Shown here in pieces: positions 18,289 to 28,655 of a stretch of 64,000 bases of DNA. The stretch comes from Candidatus Poribacteria bacterium. Lineage in GTDB: Bacteria > Poribacteria > WGA-4E > PCPOR2b. Position 1 is the first letter of the stretch. The number at the start of each line of letters is the position of its first letter. The translations under genes were made by a program, and so were the position numbers. The notes under the pieces are model-generated. The model did not search any database, was not told where the DNA came from, and was given only the letters and a program-made list of their open reading frames with translations. The stretch lies in the NCBI GenBank assembly GCA_965208675.1, contig OZ242351.1:2816001-2880000 (forward strand). Direction: 5' to 3'.

Positions 18289-19111
18289 AGCTTTCCGGCT
18301 CGCTTTCTACGAGAAAAGCGAGAAAAATTCCCAACTGATATAGTCCAATGAGTGGAATCGCCATCAGTAGCATTGATGCCGGATCCGCCGGGGTCAACAT
18401 AGCCGACAATATAAAGATACCGAGGAACGCATAGTGGCGTCGTTCTCGAAACCCCTGAGAATTAATCACCCCAATCCATGACAGAAACGCCATAACAATC
18501 GGAAGTTCAAACGCGATGCCGAACCCGATTAACAAACGCGTCAGGAAATTCACATATCTGTCCAACTCCCACAAATTAGCATAGTCTTTTAAGAGCTTTG
18601 CGGAAAATTCAATTACGACTGGCGCCACGATAAAATAGGCAAAGATCGCGCCAACTACGAAGAAAAACACGATGACAAAAAACAAGGGAAGTGCATACCT
18701 CTTCTCCCGATGTGTCAATGCGGGGAAGATAAACGACCAGATCTGGTAAAGCACCACCGGCGAAGCCATCAGGAAGCCAAAGGTAAAGCTGATTTTGATG
18801 TAAGCCATAATGCCTTCGACGACGCCGCCCTTGATGATTTCCGCGTCAACGGTTGAACCGCTAGCCCTAAGAACAATTGAGAGAAACCCAAAGAATGACG
18901 CTTCCGGCGCACCAACCCAATCTATCAATGTTGCCAACGATTTGTTGATCGGCATATTCAACGGCAACGTCAAAATTTTGGCGTAAAAATTATGAAACGT
19001 CAGACTAGCTGCCACGGAAATACCAACCGCAATAGCAGATATGATTATCCGCCGCCGGAGCTCCTCAAGATGCTCCCAGAAGGTCATCGACCTACCGTCG
19101 TCAGATGCCAT
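18281..19111 (-). CDS. tatC: Twin-arginine translocase subunit TatC
   Basis: 'HLEELRRR', 'YQIWSFI.PAL', 'FG..FELP' and 'LTP.D'. Confidence 0.96.
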   Translation of the reverse strand: MASDDGRSMTFWEHLEELRRRIIISAIAVGISVAASLTFHNFYAKILTLPLNMPINKSLATLIDWVGAPEASFFGFLSIVLRASGSTVDAEIIKGGVVEGIMAYIKISFTFGFLMASPVVLYQIWSFIFPALTHREKRYALPLFFVIVFFFVVGAIFAYFIVAPVVIEFSAKLLKDYANLWELDRYVNFLTRLLIGFGIAFELPIVMAFLSWIGVINSQGFRERRHYAFLGIFILSAMLTPADPASMLLMAIPLIGLYQLGIFLAFLVESEPESYA

Positions 19112-19123
19112 ACCTCTTCACCG

Positions 19124-19336
19124 CTAGACTCCTTTATCCGTCCGTTTGGACGAATTTGTATCCTCTTCGTCCATTGATTTAGCCAAATCGTTTTGAATAT
19201 CTTTTCCAGCACTCTTGAATTCCCGTATTGCCTTCCCAAGTGAACGTCCCATCTCCGGCAATCGCTTTGGCCCAAAGATGACAAGGATAGCCAAAAGAAT
19301 CAAGAGAATTTCCCATCCACCTAAAGACCCAGGCAT
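19124..19336 (-). CDS. tatA: Twin-arginine translocase subunit TatA
   Basis: 'FGPKRLPE.GRSLGKAIREFK'. ATG at 19336 has a GGAGG RBS. Confidence 0.95.
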   Translation of the reverse strand: MPGSLGGWEILLILLAILVIFGPKRLPEMGRSLGKAIREFKSAGKDIQNDLAKSMDEEDTNSSKRTDKGV

Positions 19337-19395
19337 CTGTGATTTCCTCCCAAATAGAGATTTTATAGCAGATTGTTCAAGCAAAATGCAGGAAT

Positions 19396-19424
19396 ATTAT
19401 ACTTTAAAATTTGAGGAAATTCAA
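19396..19424 (-). promoter_or_regulatory. Sigma70-type promoter for tatA
   Basis: Minus strand TTGAAT-N17-TATAAT, about 60 bp upstream of tatA. Confidence 0.6.
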
Positions 19425-19625
19425 TCGCTATGTCAAAGTTTACCAGAACTGATTTCTTGAAATCCCATTATCAATCCTAAACACATTCCTCAATTCATCC
19501 AACTCGCCGGTTACTGATCGTGGGCATTGACGCCGCTAAAAAACACCTCTTATCGCGATTCCCGCACTTGATTTCTGTGGAAAAATTACAGGAATTTCTT
19601 CAATGGTGATGTAAACGAGGTTTTT

Positions 19626-20297
19626 TCAGTCTGTGTCTGGTCCGGACAATTCCACGAATACATTACGCGCTACTTCACGGCCCACATGGTGCTCACATCC
19701 CTGAATCTTCAGACATAAAGGTCCATTAAAGGGCGCCTTGGCCACAATTTGGACACGGGCACCCGGAACTAGCCCCAATCCAGCAAGGTAACGCAGCATC
19801 TCAGGGATACCATCATTAACCTGTCGAACCGTGACACAACTCCCTGCATCGATCTCCGCCAGAATTTCATAGGATGTTTCCTTGAGATTACCCTCTTTTG
19901 TTGGAATAGTGTGCCCGTGCGGATCTATCGTTGGATGGCCCAACGCTTCAGCCATCTTCTCCTCAAACTCCTCAGAGATGACATGTTCCAACTTATCCGC
20001 CTCATGGTGCACCTTATCCCAGGTGAACCCCATGATTTCAACCAGATAAAGTTCAAGCAATCGGTGGTGGCGGACAACCTCTTGAGCGATTTTCTCGCCG
20101 CCCTCGGTCAACTTAACGCCGTGGTAAGAGTTGTGATTGAGCAGTTCCATCGACGCCAACTTTCTAATCATACCAGTCACAGATGCGGCTGAGACGTGCA
20201 TATGCTGCGCAATGACAGAGGTAGGCACTTTCTCCTCTTTTCCCTTTTGTAGGAGATAGATTGCCTTTAGATAATCTTCCATCGCATGAGTTATCAT
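19626..20297 (-). CDS. DtxR/MntR-family metal-dependent repressor with C-terminal FeoA/SH3 domain
   Basis: 'EDYLKAIY', 'RHHRLLE.YL', 'EAD.LEH' and 'P..DPHG..IP'. Confidence 0.93.
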   Translation of the reverse strand: MITHAMEDYLKAIYLLQKGKEEKVPTSVIAQHMHVSAASVTGMIRKLASMELLNHNSYHGVKLTEGGEKIAQEVVRHHRLLELYLVEIMGFTWDKVHHEADKLEHVISEEFEEKMAEALGHPTIDPHGHTIPTKEGNLKETSYEILAEIDAGSCVTVRQVNDGIPEMLRYLAGLGLVPGARVQIVAKAPFNGPLCLKIQGCEHHVGREVARNVFVELSGPDTD

Positions 20298-20328
20298 TCT
20301 AAACCATCCAACAGTTCCAACTGGTCAT

Positions 20329-20346
20329 ATTTAGGCATGCCTAAAT
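20329..20346. promoter_or_regulatory. Perfect 18-bp palindrome, probable DtxR/MntR autoregulatory operator
   Basis: ATTTAGGCATGCCTAAAT, with a TTAGG...CCTAA core typical of DtxR-family boxes, lies between the promoter and the start codon. Confidence 0.75.
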
Positions 20347-20358
20347 TTTAACTGGAAT

Positions 20359-20388
20359 ATGGTAATATGTACGAATAAACGCTGTCAA
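20359..20388 (-). promoter_or_regulatory. Sigma70-type promoter of the DtxR-family gene
   Basis: Minus strand TTGACA-N18-TACCAT. Confidence 0.6.
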
Positions 20389-20424
20389 GCCAATTTTTGT
20401 CTTTATCGTCAAGAAGGTGTTTTG

Positions 20425-22503
20425 TCAGTTGACATCATCGGCTGCCGCCGCTTGGTCCTGGTAATTGTCGCGTAGGATGCGCCGCATGACCTTGTTGGAA
20501 GCCGTGCGAGGCAGGTCGTCAACGATGACGACATCATGAATCCTGAAGAGGGGATTGAGATGCTGCCGTATCGCCATACGCAGTGCTGCCTTCAGCGGTT
20601 CCCTTTCCATGTCGACGTTTTCCAGAAGGACGGCGTAAATCACTAGTTGACTAGGCCCCCCGCCTGGAGGCGATACCGCAATGGCTGCGGTTTCCCGTAT
20701 ACCCGCCTCTAAATTGAGGGTCTGTTCAATTTCCGTCGAACTCACTTTAATCCCCCCAAGATTCATTGTGTCGTCCACTCTGCCGTGAATGCGATAATAG
20801 TTCCCCTTCAATCGCTCAATTTGATCTCCGTGGCGCCGCAGCGGTATATCGCCTTTTTTGGGCGGCATTTTAGGGGTGCCTTCAAAATATACTTGGTGAT
20901 GGTCTCGGTTTAACAATGACGTGGAAAGCCCGACTGACGGCGATATTAGATAGACTTCCCCGTTATTGCAGGGTTGACCGCGCTGGTCAAGAATTAAAAA
21001 ATCTAATCCCAATGTAGGTGTCGTAAACGTCGATGGTGCGGCTGGCTGCACCATGGTCCCAGTGATGTAGCCGCCGCCAATCTCCGTGCCGCCGCAATAC
21101 TCGATGACCGGGCGGTATCCTGCGAGCGACATCAAAAACAACATGTCTTCAGGGTTTGAACACTCGCCAGTTGAACTGTATGATTTGATGGCTGTCCAGT
21201 CAAGCCCTTTCATGCAGCCGCTATTTTTCCATGTCCTCACAATACTAGGAACCACGCCGAGCACTTTGACGCCGGCATGCTGAACAAACTCACCAAATCC
21301 TCTACCCGTTGGGACGCCATAATACAGCCCAATAGTCGCTCGATTGATTAAACTAGCAAAGATTAACCACGGCCCCATCATCCACCCAATAGACGTTGGC
21401 CAAGCTACAACGTCGTTTGATTGAATGTCCTGATGCAAATGGCCGTCTGCGGCGCATTTGATTGGGGTAGTGTGCGTCCAAGGAATCGCTTTGGGCACGC
21501 CAGTTGTACCCGAGGAGAATAAAATGTTGGCATGATCGGAGGGTTGACAGGACACAGCATCGAACTCACTATTCTCGCAGAGGAATTCGCCCCAAGTCAA
21601 ATCGCCGTCCCGCAATTGAATCGCACAGGATGGCTGCTTGCTCTCACCGGTAAGCACGATTGCTTTTGGAGCATTTGCGGAAACGACTTTGGCATATATT
21701 GGCAACTGTTTTTGTGCACGGACAATATAATCCTGAGTGAAAACGGCTTTGGCATTTCCGAGTTGCAGGCGGATGGCAATCTCCTCCGGTGCAAAGCTGT
21801 CGGCGATGGAGACCACGGCACACCCGGCTGCGACAATGCCGAGGTAAATTGCCACTGATTCCACCGTCATTGGCATGTTAACTGCAATAGCGTCGCCCGG
21901 ACAGAATCCGTCGCGCACCAGTCCATTGGCGACGCGGTTCGTCAATGAACGAAGCTCCAAATAGGTTACGGTTGAAAGCGCCCCGTCTTCACGTTGGAAG
22001 ACAATTGCAGGCGCATCGTCCGGCGCATTGAAACAACTCTCGGTAATATTCAACTGCGCATCTAGAAGCCAATTCGGCGACGTTACACCATCGGACAAAC
22101 CAACAACTCGGGAGAACTTGCGTTTGAATCGAATCCCCAGTCTTTGAATCATGAGTTCCCAGAATTCAGCGCGGTGTTTTACCGACCAATCATGGAGATG
22201 TTCATAGGAATTCAGATTCAATTCACGCATGGCATGGGCGATATTCGTGGATTCAATCTGGTTTTTTGAAGGGAACCAGGCTGGCGGGGGACCTTGCGCT
22301 GCATCCCAATCGGCAAAGATTGTTTCGTGCAAAAGTCTGTGTAGGGCAAACGGCAGATCCGGGGTGAGTAGTTTCTGCGTAATTTCGGTCCAACAAGCTG
22401 GACCGGAAAGTGTAGATTTTAACTGATTCACTCGCAGCAGTATATCGGCAGCCGCATTTTCTTCCAGTCCGGTTGCGATTAACTGTTGAAGGGAGAGATC
22501 CAT
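20425..22503 (-). CDS. AMP-forming acyl-CoA synthetase (plant AAE17/18-like subfamily)
   Basis: 'FSSGTTGVPK', 'WPT..GWMMGPWL', 'IEYCGGTEIGG' and 'LPRTASNKVMRR'. Confidence 0.85.
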   Translation of the reverse strand: MDLSLQQLIATGLEENAAADILLRVNQLKSTLSGPACWTEITQKLLTPDLPFALHRLLHETIFADWDAAQGPPPAWFPSKNQIESTNIAHAMRELNLNSYEHLHDWSVKHRAEFWELMIQRLGIRFKRKFSRVVGLSDGVTSPNWLLDAQLNITESCFNAPDDAPAIVFQREDGALSTVTYLELRSLTNRVANGLVRDGFCPGDAIAVNMPMTVESVAIYLGIVAAGCAVVSIADSFAPEEIAIRLQLGNAKAVFTQDYIVRAQKQLPIYAKVVSANAPKAIVLTGESKQPSCAIQLRDGDLTWGEFLCENSEFDAVSCQPSDHANILFSSGTTGVPKAIPWTHTTPIKCAADGHLHQDIQSNDVVAWPTSIGWMMGPWLIFASLINRATIGLYYGVPTGRGFGEFVQHAGVKVLGVVPSIVRTWKNSGCMKGLDWTAIKSYSSTGECSNPEDMLFLMSLAGYRPVIEYCGGTEIGGGYITGTMVQPAAPSTFTTPTLGLDFLILDQRGQPCNNGEVYLISPSVGLSTSLLNRDHHQVYFEGTPKMPPKKGDIPLRRHGDQIERLKGNYYRIHGRVDDTMNLGGIKVSSTEIEQTLNLEAGIRETAAIAVSPPGGGPSQLVIYAVLLENVDMEREPLKAALRMAIRQHLNPLFRIHDVVIVDDLPRTASNKVMRRILRDNYQDQAAAADDVN

Positions 22504-22562
22504 ATCGAATAACTCGGCTTTAATTAGCCGGAGATGTACCTGACACCGATATCAATACGTCT

Positions 22563-23573
22563 TCAAGGATTGAACTTGATGATTTCGCGGCACCGTGCGG
22601 ATTTATGCAACGCATCGCAGATGCGCATGGTATCGACGGCGTCGGTTAGCAAGTCGCGATTAGGCTGCCCCAACTGAACCCACTCCGAAAACCGTTCGAT
22701 CATCCGCACCTCCTGAATGCACGACTTAAACTTGTGTTCTGCGGCTTTGCCCTGAACGTCGTGCACCCAAAATCGGGACGATTCCTCTTTCCAAGGGTCT
22801 ACAAAATCGTCGCATATCAAGGAGGCTCGGGTCCCCGCAATCTCAAACCACATGCGGCTCCCTACGTCGAAACCGCAATCAAACGAAGCCATCCGTTCGT
22901 CTCGAAACCAGAGGGTACCCGACACATTGAAATCCGTACCCCGGTAATAGCGCGCAGTAGCGAAGACCTGATCAGGGAGATCGCCAAAAGCCCAGAGAAT
23001 CGCGCGAATACAGTAATAACCTAAATCGCCAAGACAGCCGCAGGCAAACTCCTTTTTCAACCGTATGTTATCTTCGGGAATCTTTTCCCAATTGAAAGTG
23101 AACGCCGCTGTCACCCGGCGCATCCGGCCTAAAACACCACTGGATATGATTTGCTTCATCGCAAAGGTACGTTCGTGGTGAACCCACATGACGCCATCCA
23201 TCAAATGCACATTGTGCGTGCGGCACGCAGCCGCCATAGCAGACGCTTCTTCTGCATTTGCGGTAAACGGTTTTTCGCACAGCACGTGTTTGCCGCCTTC
23301 AGCCGCTTTGATGGTCCATTCAGCGTGCATTGACGGCGGCAGGGGAATGTAGACCGCATCTATTTCCGGGTCCTCTAGTAGAGCATCGTAGTTTCCGTAG
23401 GCGCGGTCAACTCCATGCTCTAATGCCCATCCGCGAGCACGTTCTTCCGTCCGGCTAGCGATCGCCGCTAATTCAGCGTTTTCTGCCAAGCGTATCGCAC
23501 GACTCACCTTATCCGCAATTCTTGCGGTGCTCAAAATCCCCCAGCGTACCTTCTGCTTCGGTGTAACAGTCAT
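22563..23573 (-). CDS. Gfo/Idh/MocA oxidoreductase
   Basis: 'WGILSTARIA', 'DAVYIPLP' and 'GKHVLCEKP'. Confidence 0.92.
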   Translation of the reverse strand: MTVTPKQKVRWGILSTARIADKVSRAIRLAENAELAAIASRTEERARGWALEHGVDRAYGNYDALLEDPEIDAVYIPLPPSMHAEWTIKAAEGGKHVLCEKPFTANAEEASAMAAACRTHNVHLMDGVMWVHHERTFAMKQIISSGVLGRMRRVTAAFTFNWEKIPEDNIRLKKEFACGCLGDLGYYCIRAILWAFGDLPDQVFATARYYRGTDFNVSGTLWFRDERMASFDCGFDVGSRMWFEIAGTRASLICDDFVDPWKEESSRFWVHDVQGKAAEHKFKSCIQEVRMIERFSEWVQLGQPNRDLLTDAVDTMRICDALHKSARCREIIKFNP

Positions 23574-23954
23574 TATTTTACCGTTCTCTGTCTTATTTTA
23601 ACCCTACCTGCTTGTCCACGGGCGCAAAACGCCCTAGAGGATACCATAGCACCCTCAACTAAGAAATTCAAGCAAATACAAGTCGAAAAATGCCTCGTCT
23701 TCCGATCTTGAGGTGAACCACTTGTCACATACTTTTTTGCTAAAATTGTTTGAATCGCGCCGATGATAAACGCTGACTGCTATTTCTCGCCTGGTCTGAA
23801 TCTGTGGATTCACCCAGAGTCATTCCAACCCAACTTACCATCAACTCGGCAATAAAATTAAGTTTTCGGCCGGGCGATTCCTCGCTCCTTTCCACACGCA
23901 CAACAATTGTGGTACTCTAAACACCGAATCATCCGCTGAGTACGGTCAAACACG

Positions 23955-25586
23955 TTAACTCACCTTTCCCCTAGCCTCCAACACCTTTGAAACCACGGTT
24001 TCTACATCTACTTCATCGACAAACGGGGATAGGATGAATGATTTTAGTGCCACGATTGGTTCGCCGTATTCGCTTCGCCGATAGCAGTCGGTAGTGGAAA
24101 TGACAACGCCCCGCCCTTCCATCGCCTCCGAATGTACGTATTCAAAAATCTTCCGGTTGTAGTCGTTGTGAGACAGCAAGCTGTCGCGATAATTTGCGTC
24201 CTCAAATTCCTGCCGCTTGATTAAAAACGTATCGACGCCAATCGGATAGGTGCGGAAGAGCGTAACCGTGCCGAAGTTATCTCGATTCAGCACGGTTGTG
24301 CCTTCATGTCCTTCCAGATGTTCCCGCAGGAGTTGCGTCATTTCAACGATGTGTCCGAGGATGACGCGCAATCCTTGCTCGCCAAACAATCGAAAATTGG
24401 CGAGGGCAGCGAGAACCCCTGTCCCGGATCGGGAAGTCTCAAGGGTGAACATCCCGGGGCGATGGTCGCCAAAGTGGTAGAGATACGGCATCTGTTCCGG
24501 GTGGCGTGTCACCAATTCCAAATCTGCTTGATTCTTGACGAGGACGAGACTAGAAATGTAAGGCGCAAAACCGGTTTTGTGAAAGTCGATTCCGACGGAA
24601 TCCGCCGTGGACAAATGCCGTATTCGCCGGCATGCCCCCGCCAATGCGCGGACGGTACGTGGACGGAACCCGAGGGGGTTCTTCTCAACGTCATAGTCAT
24701 TGAACACCGACCATGCCCACCCAATAACTGCATCTGCGTGAATGTGCGGCTTGTAATCAAGTTTGAACTCTTTGACAAGCGCGTCGCGTAACGCCGCAAT
24801 GCTCTGCAAATCGTCCAACCCAAACGAATCGGTGGTACCCAATGTCGCAATAATCGCCGCAATTCGATTCCCGTTTTCTAGTACCGTTCGTGCTTGCTGC
24901 TCAAGTTGCACGAGATCGATTTCGTTTTCGACATTGGTCGGGATTGTAATCAGATTGTTCGTTCCTATTCCGAGCCAGCCGACGACGTTAGCGGCACAAT
25001 AGTGGCCCGCGTCGGAAACAAACACAACAGCGTTCTCGGGTACGCCCTTATCTATCGTCTCCGGGCAAGCCTTTTCCAAGCCTAGCTTCACGCCATAGAG
25101 TGTCGTTCCGGTGCCGCCAAAGGTAAACATGCCGCTCGACTCTTTAGGGTCATATCCTATCAATTTTGAGGTCATAGCGACCACCTCAACTTCAGCCAAT
25201 GCAACGAGGCGGCTATATTCATCCCAAGCAATATTCGGATTGTACAGGGAAGCGAGGAGCACGCCAATCAGACTGGGAATCGTCGGCGGAGGAATAACGT
25301 TTTGCTGCGTACGGGGATGCCCAAAGATTGTCATGCCTTGCAAGTAATTCACGAGTTCGGTCGTGACATCCTCAACGGAGGATACTCCATCCGGCAGCCT
25401 TGCCTCCTTTGCACGCTCGAAATTTCCGGGAACGACGTTGCCGAGCATCGGCAGTTGCGTTTTCAGTGCATCAACCTGATCTAAGGCGCGCATGATTGAA
25501 TGTACGAAATACGAATCATGGATGGGGTGCGATACCGGCTGAGGAAAAGCGAGCCGGATTTTTTCCAAGATGTCGCGGTATGCCAT
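23955..25586 (-). CDS. Group II PLP-dependent decarboxylase
   Basis: 'FTFGGT', 'GTT....D', 'HADA' and 'DS..IDFHK' with the Schiff-base Lys. Confidence 0.88.
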   Translation of the reverse strand: MAYRDILEKIRLAFPQPVSHPIHDSYFVHSIMRALDQVDALKTQLPMLGNVVPGNFERAKEARLPDGVSSVEDVTTELVNYLQGMTIFGHPRTQQNVIPPPTIPSLIGVLLASLYNPNIAWDEYSRLVALAEVEVVAMTSKLIGYDPKESSGMFTFGGTGTTLYGVKLGLEKACPETIDKGVPENAVVFVSDAGHYCAANVVGWLGIGTNNLITIPTNVENEIDLVQLEQQARTVLENGNRIAAIIATLGTTDSFGLDDLQSIAALRDALVKEFKLDYKPHIHADAVIGWAWSVFNDYDVEKNPLGFRPRTVRALAGACRRIRHLSTADSVGIDFHKTGFAPYISSLVLVKNQADLELVTRHPEQMPYLYHFGDHRPGMFTLETSRSGTGVLAALANFRLFGEQGLRVILGHIVEMTQLLREHLEGHEGTTVLNRDNFGTVTLFRTYPIGVDTFLIKRQEFEDANYRDSLLSHNDYNRKIFEYVHSEAMEGRGVVISTTDCYRRSEYGEPIVALKSFILSPFVDEVDVETVVSKVLEARGKVS

Positions 25587-26132
25587 GTAAATTCTCCGTC
25601 TCTATTGCGGACACTGTTACTTTTGGTCAAGAGGCGCTATCTCGAAGTTGACAGCCACTTAGCTACTAGATTTTCGCGTGGACATAATAGCACATTCGCC
25701 ACCCGTCTTCAACAGATATTACGACGGACAGCACAACTACGCGGGCACTCCCAGTGCGGACACTTTACCATTTCGATCTTCTCCACGTCACCGAATGAGA
25801 AATGCATATTGGAATCGGTTGATAATTGTTTTGCCTCTTGTTATTTTGATTTTACCAAAAACGCTAGAATATGTTTGATATACCAAAGGTTTTATGATAT
25901 ACGTAAATGCACCAATCTCGATTCACTGGGTAATGAGCGTCCACAAGTATCACAGCAATGGCTGAGAGGTAAACGTCCAGTATGAGCAGCCTTTTGGTGG
26001 TTAACTGGCACCGAGTCGCTGTTTTGGTTTGCGGGTGCTTTTTTGGGAGTGTGTGGGAGATTGTCATTTACTGTGCAAGGATATAGTTCCCAATAGGAAC
26101 ACACAGCGAGTCCTAAACCAAAGGGAAGTGTA

Positions 26133-27209
26133 ATGAAAATACGAATAAAACTTTCAATCATGCTATCGGTGATATTCTCGCTGACGAACATCTACGCTAC
26201 ACCGGTTCACGGAAATGGCGAACACATTGACTCAATAACCGTATCAACTAGACCCGACAGCCACGCTCCTTTAGGGGTAATGGGTGACCATACTCATGCG
26301 AAAAGCGAGTGGATGTTGTCATACCGCTTTATGCCGATGCGGATGGACGGGCTCCGGGACGGTACAAGCCTGATTTCAACGGAAGACACCCTCCGCAAAT
26401 ATGCGGTGGCTCCCGTCCGCATGAGGATGCAGATGCACATGATTGGGGCGATGTTTGCGCCGCATAAACACTTCACGCTGATGGCAATGACGAGTTACGG
26501 AGACAAGTTTATGGAAATGCAAGGCGACGCGACACACGAACACTCTCATGGTAGTCACGACCATCCTGTGGGAGCTCATGAAATGGAAAGCAGCGGGTTA
26601 GGCGACACCAAACTTTCCGCACTAATCCCACTTCTCCGATCACATAACGCCATTGTGCTATTGAACGCGGGGTTGTCAATTCCAACGGGCTCAATTGCGG
26701 AAAAGGGTAAAAACGGCATTCTGCCGTACCCCATGCAGTTGGGTTCGGGCTCTTTTGAATTGATGCCAGGTATGACGGTCGCAGCAACACGGGACAATTG
26801 GTCTTTTGGCGGTCAAATGCGCGTCACCCTCCCATTGAACGAAAACAGTCGAGCCTACCGCCGGGGTCCAATGACAGCGTCCACACTCTGGAGCGCGCGC
26901 CGTCTAAACGACTGGGTCAGCATTTCTGTACGTGCACTTTTTGAAAGTTGGGGAAATATCTCGGGCAACGACGAAGCACTCAACCCGGAAATGGCACCAA
27001 CAATGGATCCCCGCCTTCAAGGTGGAGCACGCGGAAGCCTTCTCGCCGGAGCCAATCTCAATTTTCCCGACCGACTCGGTGGACTGCTAGCAGGACAACG
27101 TTTCGCAGTTGAATTGCAACTACCGCTGTATCAACACCTAGACGGACCTCAAATGGAGCTAGACTGGGGGCTCTTTGCTGGTTGGCAGTACGCCTTTACG
27201 CTGTGGTAA
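26133..27209 (+). CDS. His/Met-rich outer-membrane beta-barrel transporter (COG4313/MetA-pathway-like)
   Basis: Signal peptide, 'RPDSHAP.GVMGDH.H', 'HEHSHGSHDH', 'G.GD', 'PY.MQLGSG' and aromatic C-terminus. Confidence 0.72.
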   Translation: MKIRIKLSIMLSVIFSLTNIYATPVHGNGEHIDSITVSTRPDSHAPLGVMGDHTHAKSEWMLSYRFMPMRMDGLRDGTSLISTEDTLRKYAVAPVRMRMQMHMIGAMFAPHKHFTLMAMTSYGDKFMEMQGDATHEHSHGSHDHPVGAHEMESSGLGDTKLSALIPLLRSHNAIVLLNAGLSIPTGSIAEKGKNGILPYPMQLGSGSFELMPGMTVAATRDNWSFGGQMRVTLPLNENSRAYRRGPMTASTLWSARRLNDWVSISVRALFESWGNISGNDEALNPEMAPTMDPRLQGGARGSLLAGANLNFPDRLGGLLAGQRFAVELQLPLYQHLDGPQMELDWGLFAGWQYAFTLW

Positions 27210-27247
27210 CAACCGACGGTTTGGGTTGGAATTTCTAGTCGCAACGG

Positions 27248-28438
27248 CTAGAATTTCGCTTTAATCTGCACTCGGGTCTTGTGCTGATTAGGATTTGATC
27301 CGGATGCAATAATCTTCTTAGCTATGAAATATAGCACTTCCACGCCGATATTCTTCTCGATTGGCAAGGCAAATTTCAGTTCATGCCCATGTGTATTCGG
27401 GTTAAATATATCGGCATTGTTATAGTTAGATATCATTGATGCCTGTTCCACCCTAACATAATGGTAGAGCGCACGCAAGTTGTTTAAGCGAAGTATAGGC
27501 CCGACTCCGACCTCAAACCAATACGCCGTGTCATCCAAATCCGCCAATCGATTCTGCGCATAAGACGCGAGAAGCCACGCCGGCACAGTTTCGATTTCTA
27601 GTTCATACTTCGCAAGCCCCTCAATAATTCGGAATCCAAACGGATAGACTGAGGTGCCTGTACCTGTGCCTACCCGCGGATTCGTATCCCCGCCGCCCAA
27701 CATGCCATCTTCAACCGCTTGGGCGATGTTGTCCTCATTTCGATATTCATAAAGCATTGCGCCGAACGACAATCCTTTGAGTTGAAATCCCTTGAAAAAC
27801 AGTTGCCCCGCAAAAAGGTTCGTATCCGGTCCGCCCTTTGTCTCCGCCAAAATGAATTGCGCCAGATTTGCCTGCACCTGCGAAATAAATCCTGCGTCGT
27901 CAATGCGGAACTGTTGGGCTGCCCCTTCCAACTGCACGTCGTTGTGAAAAACCAGCTCAACACGTTTAAACGGGTTGGCAAATTTGCCTATGGTAACCGT
28001 AAGGGACGAGTGCGGCGAATACCGGAGAAAAAGCCTATCAAGATTGAACCCTTTCTTCGAGAAATAGTCGTCTAGGTCAACATTGCCCGTGGTTGGGTCA
28101 TCCGTCGCACCTGTGACCATTCTGAAACCCAGCTTCACGCGTGGATGAACTGGAAAGTTGCCGCCCATACGAAAACGTATACGGTATCGATAGCGGCTCG
28201 GAGAACCGTCCTGAAAAATGCTCTCTTGGCGGAATCTTGCATCGGCAAAGAAAAACTCCTGCCAAAGCGGCTTAGCTAGCTGAGACACCTCTTTAACCGC
28301 CGGTGCTCTATTTCCGAGAACAGCCGATTCCTGCGCTTTTTGAATCTCGGATTCCCAAATCGCATCAGCAGAGGAGATTTGAAGCAACATGACGTTAATA
28401 AGTACGATAATGAGGGCGTAAACGCCGAGTTTTTCCAT
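27248..28438 (-). CDS. Putative porin (outer-membrane beta-barrel)
   Basis: Signal peptide, 'R.RYRIRFR.G', 'GKF.NPF', 'D...EG' and C-terminal Phe. Confidence 0.75.
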   Translation of the reverse strand: MEKLGVYALIIVLINVMLLQISSADAIWESEIQKAQESAVLGNRAPAVKEVSQLAKPLWQEFFFADARFRQESIFQDGSPSRYRYRIRFRMGGNFPVHPRVKLGFRMVTGATDDPTTGNVDLDDYFSKKGFNLDRLFLRYSPHSSLTVTIGKFANPFKRVELVFHNDVQLEGAAQQFRIDDAGFISQVQANLAQFILAETKGGPDTNLFAGQLFFKGFQLKGLSFGAMLYEYRNEDNIAQAVEDGMLGGGDTNPRVGTGTGTSVYPFGFRIIEGLAKYELEIETVPAWLLASYAQNRLADLDDTAYWFEVGVGPILRLNNLRALYHYVRVEQASMISNYNNADIFNPNTHGHELKFALPIEKNIGVEVLYFIAKKIIASGSNPNQHKTRVQIKAKF

Positions 28439-28480
28439 AGTTGGCTGCTCTGCGAGTTTTGGTGTTCAATGATTTAACGG

Positions 28481-28503
28481 TACTGTCCAGAATTTGGACA
28501 GTA
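28481..28503. promoter_or_regulatory. Palindrome, probable enhancer-binding-protein site
   Basis: TACTGTCCA-N5-TGGACAGTA perfect inverted repeat, about 70 bp upstream of a sigma-54 promoter. Confidence 0.55.
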
Positions 28504-28571
28504 AAAAGCGCTCTACACAACAAAATCGGTAGGAACTCTCCGTGTAGAAGTGTTTTCCGTTCTAAATCCCA

Positions 28572-28588
28572 TTGGCACGAGGATTGCT
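28572..28588 (+). promoter_or_regulatory. Sigma-54 (-24/-12) promoter
   Basis: TTGGCACG-AGGA-TTGCT is an exact match to YTGGCACG-N4-TTGCW, about 70 bp upstream of the TBDR start. Confidence 0.8.
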
Positions 28589-28655
28589 TATGCATAATAA
28601 CAGCGATGTCAAAATCTTGCAATCCAAAAAAAGGTGTTGGGAAGGAGTATTACCG

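Noticed and set aside
25600-26130. Small ORFs or leader peptide upstream of the His/Met-rich barrel
   Set aside because: Several short overlapping ORFs occur on both strands, none with a convincing RBS or motif.
28439-28655. Cobalamin riboswitch upstream of the TonB receptor
   Set aside because: No B12-box or GGGAA...GCCACTG core is seen, and the region is explained by the sigma-54 promoter.
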